Below, piece after piece: positions 19,788-29,944 of a stretch of 41,248 bases of DNA (positions are counted from its first letter, which is position 1; every line of letters begins with the position of its first letter). The stretch spans positions 1-41,248 of IMG/VR virus record IMGVR_UViG_3300042342_001247. One strand, 5' to 3'. The notes under the pieces were generated by a model that was given only the letters and a program-made list of their open reading frames with translations, made no database searches and had not been told where the DNA came from. The stretch is from a virus. Its lineage: Duplodnaviria; Caudoviricetes. The position numbers were made by a program, and so were the translations under genes.

Positions 19788-20547
19788 ATACGGAGTAGAG
19801 CAAATTAGACCATTTATTGAATCAATTGAACGTAGTGGGTTTAATGGAGATAAATTGATGTTGGTTTATGAAATTACTCAAGATACAATAGAATACCTTA
19901 ATGTTAAAGGTTGGAAATTAATACAATCGGAACCGCAACAACATATCATACTGCAAAGATTTAGAGATATGTATCAGGTTTTACATCAATACGAAACGGA
20001 TGTGATTATATGGGTAGATGTAAAGGATATTGTATTCCAAAAAGACCCAACCGAATGGTTAAATAAGAACATGAATAAAGATATTCTTGCTTTTTCGGAA
20101 TCATTGAAATTTGGAGATGAAGAATGGGCAAGATTAAATGCAGGTACATCATTTCCTATGGAATGGGATTGGTTACAAAATGAAGAAATATGTTGTGCAG
20201 GAACTATTGTTGGTAAGAAAGATGCTATTAGAGACTTATTTATTGATATTTATAGATGGAGTTTAACCACATCAAATAGGGAACAATTGGCAGACCAAGC
20301 GGCATATAATATTTTAATTCGTTTACATCAATTTAAAGATAAAGTTCAATTTGTAAAACAACAGGAAGGATTTGCTGCACAGTTGCATTTAAAATTAAAA
20401 AAGGGAGATATACTACCATATACTGAAAAATTACCAACTATCGATGGAAGCGATGTTAGAAATTTAAAAGGGGAATTATACACGTTAGTTCATCAATATG
20501 ATAGAAATGAAGAACTTAAAAAGTTAATAGAAAACAAATATAAATGA
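19756..20547 (+). CDS. Nucleotide-diphospho-sugar transferase (GT-A fold)
   Basis: QRF, WVDVKDIVFQ.DP, CAGTIVG, DQAAYN, VHQYDR. Confidence 0.72.
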   Translation: MKYTIIGCITKYGVEQIRPFIESIERSGFNGDKLMLVYEITQDTIEYLNVKGWKLIQSEPQQHIILQRFRDMYQVLHQYETDVIIWVDVKDIVFQKDPTEWLNKNMNKDILAFSESLKFGDEEWARLNAGTSFPMEWDWLQNEEICCAGTIVGKKDAIRDLFIDIYRWSLTTSNREQLADQAAYNILIRLHQFKDKVQFVKQQEGFAAQLHLKLKKGDILPYTEKLPTIDGSDVRNLKGELYTLVHQYDRNEELKKLIENKYK

Positions 20548-21434
20548 AAAAAATAGTTATTACATCATTCGTAATGCCACATGAGTTGGATGATTTGGAA
20601 AGAGTATTAATTGATTTGAATAAGGCATCCAAACATATAAGTGGTAATAATTATGAATTTTATATTTCATTTTCAGTTTCAGATTATCTATTTGATTGGA
20701 AAAATTCTAAAGTAGATAAGCAATTTTTTATAGATAGATTCAATTCACTAAAACCATTAACTGATTGGGCTAGTAAATCTACCTATCAGATTAGAGATGA
20801 AATTATCGGTGCACTTCAAACCAAACGATACGCACATTTAGAATCTAAAAATGCAACTCATTTTATTTGGCTAGATACTGATATTTGTTTTGATGAACGA
20901 ATATTATTTTATATGGAAAACGCAATTGATGTAATTGATAATGTTGATAAATATTTTATTACACCAGAGATTGTTAAGTATTGGGATACTACTTGGGATT
21001 GTTTAGTAAATTCTAATTATTTAAATAAACCATTGGATTATTGCAAAACAAATAATCCGTTTGTAGATTGTGGTGAAGTAGGTGATGTTGCATTGGAAAC
21101 CGTTTTTAATAATGTACCTGGCCAACCACAAACAAAATTTGGAGCGGGATGGTTTACACTTTTATCAAAACCACTATTAGATAGAATACCTTTGCCAGAA
21201 TCAATGGGAGCCTATGGTCCTGATGATACATTTCTAATGTGGGGAATTGAAAAATTAAATCAAACAGGTGTAAACATACACCAATTCAAATTAAAAAACT
21301 ATATTGTTTGTGAAAATTATATTTATAGAAATAGAAATCATTATGATTCTATAATAAAAAGAATTGATAGAAAAGAAGAATTTAAAAAACAATCATACGA
21401 AGTATTTCAAACAGAAATAAATAATATAAAATGA
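20544..21434 (+). CDS. Glycosyltransferase-like protein (GT-A fold)
   Basis: FIWLDTDI (DxD), GWFTLLS, YGPDD. Confidence 0.65.
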   Translation: MKKIVITSFVMPHELDDLERVLIDLNKASKHISGNNYEFYISFSVSDYLFDWKNSKVDKQFFIDRFNSLKPLTDWASKSTYQIRDEIIGALQTKRYAHLESKNATHFIWLDTDICFDERILFYMENAIDVIDNVDKYFITPEIVKYWDTTWDCLVNSNYLNKPLDYCKTNNPFVDCGEVGDVALETVFNNVPGQPQTKFGAGWFTLLSKPLLDRIPLPESMGAYGPDDTFLMWGIEKLNQTGVNIHQFKLKNYIVCENYIYRNRNHYDSIIKRIDRKEEFKKQSYEVFQTEINNIK

Positions 21435-22159
21435 ATTTAATAGAAGCAAACGAATCATTACACACTAATGGATATTGTGATTTTGATTTAAAAGATTTTA
21501 GTGAAGAATCGTATAACGCATTTTTAGAATTAAAATACAAAGTATCGGATGATAATTATTTGGAAAAGTTTACTATAGTTAGATTTGATGCACATGATGA
21601 AAATCATAATTCATATAGAATTAATGAAGGATTTGAAACTTTTAAAAACGCGATTATTGAAAAAAATAATTTAATAAAGAAGTACGATGAAAATAAAATT
21701 GCACAGATATGGTTACAAAGTGAAATGATACCATTTTCAGATAATTCAATTATAAAACAAACGTATTATCAAATAATAAAACATTTTTATAATCAAACCG
21801 AAGATGATGTTAATTGTGCGTTACAATGGACATGCTATTCTGAAGGATGCTATTTAAAAGACCACAATGATGGACAAGGTAACGAATATCAAAATACTTG
21901 CGCTGTATTGATTTATTTAAATGAGGAGTGGGAAGAAGACTGGGGTGGTAGTTTAATATTAAGAAATACAAAAAATACTCATTCAATTGATAAAGAAACT
22001 AAATACAAAATAGCTCCTAAATTTGGAAAAGTTGCAATTATTGATTTGCAAACATTTGATACATCTCATGCAGTAGAAAAGATAATAGGTGAACATAATA
22101 GATGTACTCTATTGGCGTTTGCAACTCAAAGAAAAAAGAGAAAAGATAAATTATTTTAA
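21431..22159 (+). CDS. 2OG-Fe(II) oxygenase (prolyl-hydroxylase-like fold)
   Basis: HND (HxD), IYLNEEW...WGG, HAV, distal Arg. Confidence 0.87.
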   Translation: MNLIEANESLHTNGYCDFDLKDFSEESYNAFLELKYKVSDDNYLEKFTIVRFDAHDENHNSYRINEGFETFKNAIIEKNNLIKKYDENKIAQIWLQSEMIPFSDNSIIKQTYYQIIKHFYNQTEDDVNCALQWTCYSEGCYLKDHNDGQGNEYQNTCAVLIYLNEEWEEDWGGSLILRNTKNTHSIDKETKYKIAPKFGKVAIIDLQTFDTSHAVEKIIGEHNRCTLLAFATQRKKRKDKLF

Positions 22160-22800
22160 TGAAAAATTTATACATATTTGGTGATTCATTTTCTACTAAT
22201 TTTTCAACTATAGATGAAGTATCAATAGAAGAATCTTGGCCGGTTTTGTTATCCAATAAATTAAATTACGAACTACAATCTTATGCATCTGCTGGAATAT
22301 CAAATTATGGGATTTTGCATAAAATGTATCACAATATTGATAATTTAGATAAAGATGATATTGTTATAATTGGAATTACTTTTTATGATAGATTATATGA
22401 TTTTTGGAAAAATATAGGTATTGATTTGAGAAATAATGATATAAAAGGATTTAACGAAAGTGAAATAGAGTTTTATAAACATAAATTATCAAGTAAAAAT
22501 GAAATGATGCAATATACAGAAAATGCATTATTACAATATAACTTTATAATAGAAAATTTAAAAAGATACACAAATGTATTTTTTTGGAATATGGATAAGT
22601 GTGGATTACCCATATTCAATAAAATGGTTAAAAATCATAGTAAAAATTATATAACTCCTATTGAAGCGGAATGTTGGATAGATGTTTGTAACAAAACTTC
22701 ATTATGGTGGCAAACAAATAATGACAGACATTTTGGTAAAGAAGGGCATAAAGAATTTTTTTTATATTTATATCAGTATATACAATTAAATTTAATATGA
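22159..22800 (+). CDS. SGNH/GDSL hydrolase-like protein
   Basis: IFGDSFS, SWP, AGISN, DRHFGKEGH. Confidence 0.78.
   Translation: MKNLYIFGDSFSTNFSTIDEVSIEESWPVLLSNKLNYELQSYASAGISNYGILHKMYHNIDNLDKDDIVIIGITFYDRLYDFWKNIGIDLRNNDIKGFNESEIEFYKHKLSSKNEMMQYTENALLQYNFIIENLKRYTNVFFWNMDKCGLPIFNKMVKNHSKNYITPIEAECWIDVCNKTSLWWQTNNDRHFGKEGHKEFFLYLYQYIQLNLI
22765..22772 (+). promoter_or_regulatory. Recurrent TATTTATA motif
   Basis: Just upstream of ATG 22797, within the end of the previous gene. Confidence 0.35.
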
Positions 22801-23204
22801 AATTTGAAGTAACTAATCCAAAAGCTTGGAAAGCTGTAAACGAAAAAAGTATGCCAATGTCTCATAAAATTAAAGTTTATGAGAAATTAGGAGGAGCATA
22901 TCGTTTAGGAGAGAATGGTGGTGAGCAAGTATTCAACAAAATGACTGAATTACTTAAACACAAAATGCAAGAGGGTGATGATAATTCTTCACCGGAAGAA
23001 ACATTGGCAGGATTGAAAGAAATGGCAATGGGTGATTTGGAAAGAATTGCTGATTATGCAAATATGATTTTACAAAGAATGTCAGAAGGACAGCAATTAG
23101 ATTCTTGGATGTATTCTCAAATCACATTAGCAGTAGACCAATTGAATTCGGTTCACGATGCGATGGATGGTAATGACGGTACAATTGAACCCCCTAAAAA
23201 ATAA
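22797..23204 (+). CDS. Hypothetical protein (acidic helical C-terminal domain)
   Basis: 135 aa; MAMGDLERIADYA...LDSWMYSQIT helical motif; codon usage similar to core genes. Confidence 0.7.
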   Translation: MKFEVTNPKAWKAVNEKSMPMSHKIKVYEKLGGAYRLGENGGEQVFNKMTELLKHKMQEGDDNSSPEETLAGLKEMAMGDLERIADYANMILQRMSEGQQLDSWMYSQITLAVDQLNSVHDAMDGNDGTIEPPKK

Positions 23205-23209
23205 CATTA

Positions 23210-23527
23210 ATGGAAAACCTTTATTCAGTAATAATCACCGCAATAACCGTAATGGGAGGAGCATCGGCATTTCGTTATTATGAAAAACGAGCCCAAAAAA
23301 AGGAAAAAGATGATGACTTTATAAAGCACGATTGTAAAGACCGTATCTCTAAATTAGAAGCATTATTAGAATCCGCATCAAAAGAGAAAGATGACCTTCG
23401 TAATATGGTGTTAGAACTTACACGAGAAGTGGCAGCATTGGGTGTTAAAGTTGAATTTCTTACAAAAGAGAACGATAAGTTAGAAAAATCAATACCAAAG
23501 GCAAAGAAGCAAATACTAAATGGTTAA
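23210..23527 (+). CDS. Membrane-anchored coiled-coil protein
   Basis: Hydrophobic N-terminus (LYSVIITAITVMGG) followed by heptad-like leucine repeats. Confidence 0.65.
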   Translation: MENLYSVIITAITVMGGASAFRYYEKRAQKKEKDDDFIKHDCKDRISKLEALLESASKEKDDLRNMVLELTREVAALGVKVEFLTKENDKLEKSIPKAKKQILNG

Positions 23528-24188
23528 TAACTTTACATCAGGAATGTGGAATGGAATGAAGGTTGAGTTTGGAAAAGTATACTCCAACTTAAACGCATTT
23601 GCATTCAATTCATTAAGTGAAGCTAAATCTGATAAATTAAGAGTATTTGATTTTGATGATACATTAGTTCAAACAAATTCTCACATTTACATTACACATA
23701 AAACTGGAAAAAAATCAAAATTAACACCTGGAGAATATGCGGTATATGAACCAAAAAAAGGTGATAAATTTGATTTTTCTGATTTTGATAAAGTAAACCA
23801 ACCACAAGAAATAAAAGGTGTTACAAGATTACTTAAAAACATCGTAAGAGTAGGTGGTTCAGAAATAGTAATACTTACCGCAAGAGGTGCATATATGCCA
23901 ATTAAACGATATTTAGCTGATATTGGATTGAACGGAATATATGTAGTTGCATTAGCAGATGCAGACCCAAAAAAGAAAGCTGACTGGATTGAAGATAAAA
24001 TAAAAAGTGGAGTTAACGATGTATTTTTTATAGATGACTCGCATAAAAACATATCAGCAGTTCAATCCCTTTCTAAAAAATATCCAAATATATCATTAAA
24101 GGTTAGACATGTTAAACATGATACCCCTCCACCACCAAAAGAAGAAAATATAAACAAACTAAAATCGTTATTATTTAATAAGTTATGA
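23520..24188 (+). CDS. HAD-superfamily hydrolase
   Basis: VFDFDDTL (motif I), ILTAR (II), K (III), FIDDS..N (IV). Confidence 0.85.
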   Translation: MVNNFTSGMWNGMKVEFGKVYSNLNAFAFNSLSEAKSDKLRVFDFDDTLVQTNSHIYITHKTGKKSKLTPGEYAVYEPKKGDKFDFSDFDKVNQPQEIKGVTRLLKNIVRVGGSEIVILTARGAYMPIKRYLADIGLNGIYVVALADADPKKKADWIEDKIKSGVNDVFFIDDSHKNISAVQSLSKKYPNISLKVRHVKHDTPPPPKEENINKLKSLLFNKL

Positions 24189-24631
24189 TTTATCTATTTA
24201 CCGGCCAACCAGGAAGTGGAAAAACCACATTGGCTAAAAAGTTACAAATATGGTTACAAACCGATAAAAAAAATTGGCGTAAATCCGTATTCCACATAGA
24301 TGGTGACCAGTTAAGAGAAATATTTCCAAATAAAGATTATTCAAAAGAAGGTAGAGAAAGGAATATTCAAAAGGCATTTGATATTGCTAAATATTTGGAT
24401 AAATCTGGCAATGATGTTGTGATTAGTTTAGTTTCTCCATATAGAGAAATGAGAGAACAACTTAAATCAGAGTGTAAAGTACAAGAAATTTATTGCCACA
24501 CAAAAAAAATCAGAGGTAGGGAGGATTTTTTCGCATTAGATTACGAAAAACCAATTGAATTTTTTATAAATTTAGATACATCGTATTCAGTAGATGATAC
24601 TTTTAAAAATCTAATAAAACACATCGTATGA
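24185..24631 (+). CDS. cysC: Adenylylsulfate (APS) kinase-like protein
   Basis: TGQPGSGKTT, IDGDQLR, YSKEGRERN, SLVSPY, YEKP; shorter than typical CysC. Confidence 0.78.
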   Translation: MIYLFTGQPGSGKTTLAKKLQIWLQTDKKNWRKSVFHIDGDQLREIFPNKDYSKEGRERNIQKAFDIAKYLDKSGNDVVISLVSPYREMREQLKSECKVQEIYCHTKKIRGREDFFALDYEKPIEFFINLDTSYSVDDTFKNLIKHIV

Positions 24632-25506
24632 CCTCATTTAGTAAAATATACGCAAATGGTTGCAGTTTTATGTGGGGGCATGGTCATAACAATCCGTGGT
24701 ATTTTAAATATTTTGAAGAAACAAAAGATATTGATATAAGTTATTTTTTAGAACAATGTAAACATCATGACAAATTTAAAGAAAATACACAATTTACAAA
24801 TCCAAACGTATTTGAACCATTCAATGAATTTGATTGGGTTAGAGAAAAATATAATTATGTAAATAGAGTTGGAGATTTTTTTGAAATACCAGTAATAAAT
24901 GATTCAATATTTGGTGGTTCATTGCATAGAGTGGTGCGTAAAACGGTAACACATATAATGAATACATCTGATGAAGAATTAAAATCTACATTATTCATAT
25001 TGGAATTACCCCCTCCTGGTAGAGGTGAAATGTATTTTGAAAACCAAAATAGATATTGTAATTTTGCAGGTGAAAATAATTTTGATTTTATTGAAAATGA
25101 AAACTTTAAATTAATACAAAATTGGTATGACAAATCATTTAATGTCCAATCAGATATTGTAAGTGAATATCAAAAACTATATTTACTGATAAACCTTTTA
25201 AATTCTAAAAATATAAATTATGCATTTATTCAAACTTCGTTAGAAAGTACGAATAGAATACATCAATTAAAATTTTTAAATCCAAAATATGGTAAACTCG
25301 CATCATTTAAACGAGTAGAAAGTGATATATTGAAATATTCTGTAAAATTCGATGAAACTTATGATTTGGTACACTGGTTTAGTACAGAACGAAAAGCAAA
25401 GTTTTCAGATGATACCGAAGGTGTTAGTTTTGATGGACATAATTCTATAAGAGGTTCAAAATTAATATCTGAAAAAATTATAGATTATATAAAAAATAAA
25501 TTTTGA
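24628..25506 (+). CDS. SGNH/GDSL hydrolase-like protein
   Basis: YANGCSFMWG, NDSIFGGS, DGHNS. Confidence 0.7.
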   Translation: MTSFSKIYANGCSFMWGHGHNNPWYFKYFEETKDIDISYFLEQCKHHDKFKENTQFTNPNVFEPFNEFDWVREKYNYVNRVGDFFEIPVINDSIFGGSLHRVVRKTVTHIMNTSDEELKSTLFILELPPPGRGEMYFENQNRYCNFAGENNFDFIENENFKLIQNWYDKSFNVQSDIVSEYQKLYLLINLLNSKNINYAFIQTSLESTNRIHQLKFLNPKYGKLASFKRVESDILKYSVKFDETYDLVHWFSTERKAKFSDDTEGVSFDGHNSIRGSKLISEKIIDYIKNKF

Positions 25507-25538
25507 TATACTTATATATACATTAAATTGTTATTAGT

Positions 25539-26096
25539 ATGGAAAATGAAGTAGAAGGATTCTTTCCGAATCTTGAAATTAGAATTACAAAAAGAGGATT
25601 GGGTGCAAAACCAATTTTAGAATCCCAAATAAAAGCAGCACAGGCTCAATCTAAATCTGCGTTTGAAGCAGCCAGAACATTGGGTGTATCATACAACACC
25701 TATAAAAAATATGCTAAATTATATGGTATATTTGACGATTTAAAAAATCCATTTGGTGTTGGAATAGAAAGGACTAAAACTATTCGAAACAAAAAATATC
25801 ATATAGATGATTTAATTGCGGGTAAACATATAAAATATCCTCTGCATAAATTCAAAAACAAATTATTTGATAGTGGGTATGTTCCAAAGGTATGTTCTAG
25901 TTGTGGATTCAGTGAAGAAAGAATTACGGATGGAAAAATGCCATTATTAATTGATTTTTTAGATGGTAATCTAAACAATAGAGTATTGGATAATATTAGA
26001 CCACTTTGTTACAATTGTTTCTTCTTATTAATAGGAGAACGTAATGTAAAAAATTGGTATGCAGAAAATGGTATGCCCGATGAAGAGAATATATAG
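25539..26096 (+). CDS. HTH + HNH-like zinc-binding protein (catalytic His absent)
   Basis: SAFEAARTLGVSYNTYKKY (HTH); CSSC...IDFLDGNLNN...NIRPLCYNC. Confidence 0.72.
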   Translation: MENEVEGFFPNLEIRITKRGLGAKPILESQIKAAQAQSKSAFEAARTLGVSYNTYKKYAKLYGIFDDLKNPFGVGIERTKTIRNKKYHIDDLIAGKHIKYPLHKFKNKLFDSGYVPKVCSSCGFSEERITDGKMPLLIDFLDGNLNNRVLDNIRPLCYNCFFLLIGERNVKNWYAENGMPDEENI

Positions 26097-27108
26097 AAGT
26101 AAAGTTCCATTTAGAATATCATTTGGTGGAGGTGGTACTGATATGCCAGAATATACCAAAACACATATTGGAGCAGTAATCAACACTACAATTCGTTTAT
26201 TTACACATACATCTTTACAATTAAGAGATGATACCAGAGTTACGTTTAAATGGGTAAATAAGGAGGAATATGAGGAGCATGAATTCAGTAGTGAGTTAGA
26301 TTGTTCGTATGGATTAAAGTTGTTTAAAGCAACGCATAATCACATTTGCAAACGATTCAATATAGAACCATTTGGGTACGATATAATTTCCAATCAAGAT
26401 GTTCCAACTGGAAGTGGACTAGGTACATCATCAACTCTTATAGTCTCTATTATTGGAGTTTTTATGGAACTATTCAATTTGCCATTAGGTGAGTACGATA
26501 TAGCCGAAATGGCAATTCAAATTGAAAGAATTGAATTAAAAGAAAACGGTGGAAAACAAGACCAATACGCAGCTGCGTTTGGTGGATTCAATTATATGGA
26601 ATTTAGAGGAAACGATGTAATCGTAAACCCAATTAGAATTAGAGATAAAGTACAGGATGAAATCGAAAATAACATTGTTTTATATTTTACTAATTTTACA
26701 CGCAACAGTTCGGATGTATTGGAAGAGCAAGTTAAGAAAATGGCGGACAAAAATACAACGTCTTTACTTTCATTACACGCATTAGTAGAACAGGCTAAAC
26801 TTATTAAAAATTGTTTAATACGAGGAAATATAGATGAATTGGGTGAAATATTAGATTATGGATTTCAACAAAAAAAATTATTAGCAAAAGGCATTAGTAC
26901 TCCCGAAATAGAATTATTATATAAAACTGCATTAAAAGCTGGAGCCACAGGTGGTAAGATAAGTGGAGCAGGAGGTGGAGGATTTATGTTCTTTTATTGT
27001 CCGAATAATACCAAATACGATGTTATAAAAGCATTGGATAAATTAGAAATGGGATATAATCAACCATTTACTTGGAATAAATTTGGTATGAGGACTTGGC
27101 AAATTTAA
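26080..27108 (+). CDS. hddA: GHMP sugar kinase, D-glycero-D-manno-heptose 7-phosphate kinase-like
   Basis: PFRISFGGGGTD, PTGSGLGTSS, GGKQDQYAAAFGG, KISGAGGGGF. Start at ATG 26080. Confidence 0.85.
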   Translation: MKRIYRSKVPFRISFGGGGTDMPEYTKTHIGAVINTTIRLFTHTSLQLRDDTRVTFKWVNKEEYEEHEFSSELDCSYGLKLFKATHNHICKRFNIEPFGYDIISNQDVPTGSGLGTSSTLIVSIIGVFMELFNLPLGEYDIAEMAIQIERIELKENGGKQDQYAAAFGGFNYMEFRGNDVIVNPIRIRDKVQDEIENNIVLYFTNFTRNSSDVLEEQVKKMADKNTTSLLSLHALVEQAKLIKNCLIRGNIDELGEILDYGFQQKKLLAKGISTPEIELLYKTALKAGATGGKISGAGGGGFMFFYCPNNTKYDVIKALDKLEMGYNQPFTWNKFGMRTWQI

Positions 27109-27126
27109 TTTTTATTAGTATATTTA
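27095..27126 (+). promoter_or_regulatory. Putative Bacteroidota-type promoter
   Basis: CTTG(27095)-20 nt-TATATTTA(27119), before ATG 27131. Confidence 0.45.
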
Positions 27127-27130
27127 CAAA

Positions 27131-27859
27131 ATGGAAAATAAAAAAATTTGGATTATTGGAGATAGTTTTACGGGTTCCTATCCAAACGCGTGGATTTTTA
27201 AAGTTTGTGAGCAATTTATCGGTGAGGAGTATTATGTATCATCTAAAGGCAGTAGAGATACTCAAACTATAATTGATATTTTTTTAAGAAAATTAAGTTT
27301 TATAAATTCAAATGATTTTGTAATATTGTTTTTGCCAACATCCGAAAGAGTCCGTCTACCATTGTTAAATCCTATTATGGATGTAGAACATAGTAATAAA
27401 TGTGTAAAATCAATAGATAAAGAGAAGCATTTAGACTACTTTGTAGGTAGTAATTCTTATATACCAACTAACGCATCTACAAAATTAGAACCACCATTAA
27501 CTGAATTAAATAAGTCATTGTTAGATTCACAAAATTATCATTTGAATTTAAATTTATTTAAAATAGTAAATACATCAAAAGCCAGTATTAATAATTTTTC
27601 AGAAATAATAAAATCATTACAATCGTATGTACCATTTAAATTATTATGTTATAGTTGGACAGATGAATATCATTCAGATTGTGTGATTGGTAAAAGTGAA
27701 ATAACTTCTAATTTAGGGTTTTGGGAAACGTGGAATGATGTATGGCAAGAAACTCATGGTGAATATGGTATAGAAGGTGACCATCACTTTTCACTCAAAA
27801 TGCATGAATCATTTGCAAATTACATTATACAAACAAATTCAGAATATTTTAATCAATGA
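27131..27859 (+). CDS. SGNH/GDSL hydrolase-like protein
   Basis: WIIGDSFT, SKGSRD, GDHHFS. Confidence 0.72.
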   Translation: MENKKIWIIGDSFTGSYPNAWIFKVCEQFIGEEYYVSSKGSRDTQTIIDIFLRKLSFINSNDFVILFLPTSERVRLPLLNPIMDVEHSNKCVKSIDKEKHLDYFVGSNSYIPTNASTKLEPPLTELNKSLLDSQNYHLNLNLFKIVNTSKASINNFSEIIKSLQSYVPFKLLCYSWTDEYHSDCVIGKSEITSNLGFWETWNDVWQETHGEYGIEGDHHFSLKMHESFANYIIQTNSEYFNQ

Positions 27860-28026
27860 GTTTAGAAAAATCTAAAAAATTTGAGCATCTTTTTGAAGAT
27901 GAGGAATGTGTTTCTATTTGGAAATATGATTTAAATAAATTTCCTCATGGACCTATATCGGTTGAACACAAATGGAAAGCATCTTATTTAAAAGAATTAG
28001 AAATTCGAATAAGAAGAGGAAGATAG
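27856..28026 (+). CDS. Small hypothetical protein (56 aa, not in ORF track)
   Basis: ATGA overlap with the previous stop; MSLEKSKKFEHLFEDEECVSIWKYDLNKFPHGPISVEHKWKASYLKELEIRIRRGR, ends TAG; fills the gap. Confidence 0.72.
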   Translation: MSLEKSKKFEHLFEDEECVSIWKYDLNKFPHGPISVEHKWKASYLKELEIRIRRGR

Positions 28027-28058
28027 CTTGGAAAATTAAAATATTTATATTATATTCG
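28027..28058 (+). promoter_or_regulatory. Putative groEL promoter with embedded TATTTATA
   Basis: CTTG(28027)-20 nt-TATATTCG(28051); TATTTATA at 28042-28049. Confidence 0.5.
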
Positions 28059-28062
28059 TTGA

Positions 28063-29706
<1,644 letters not shown>

Positions 29707-29737
29707 AATTTAAACAAACAATAAAAAACAAACAATT

Positions 29738-29944
29738 ATGGCAAAGTTTTATTCAGTACTAGTAGCAGTAGAAGTAGAAGATGCAAAAGGTAAAATCAAA
29801 AAGAACAAAGAAAACTATTTAGTAGATGCACTTTCGGTAACAGAAGCAGAAGCTAAATTAGTTAACAAATTCATCTCCGAAGGGGTTAATTTAGAATACG
29901 AAGTAGTAAAGGTATCTGAAACTAGAATTTTAGAAGTATTTTAA
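29738..29944 (+). CDS. DUF4494-like small protein
   Basis: ENYLVDALSVTEAEAK resembles the Bacteroidota DUF4494 signature YLVDALSFTEAEAR (recalled, not searched). Confidence 0.7.
   Translation: MAKFYSVLVAVEVEDAKGKIKKNKENYLVDALSVTEAEAKLVNKFISEGVNLEYEVVKVSETRILEVF

Noticed and set aside
23210-23527. Holin or spanin call (also 32327..32626)
   Set aside because: A single hydrophobic helix only, not adjacent to the endolysin, no lipobox partner; not enough support.
23520-24188. HAD protein as GmhB heptose bisphosphate phosphatase
   Set aside because: Lacks the DRDG and CxCRKP motifs of GmhB.
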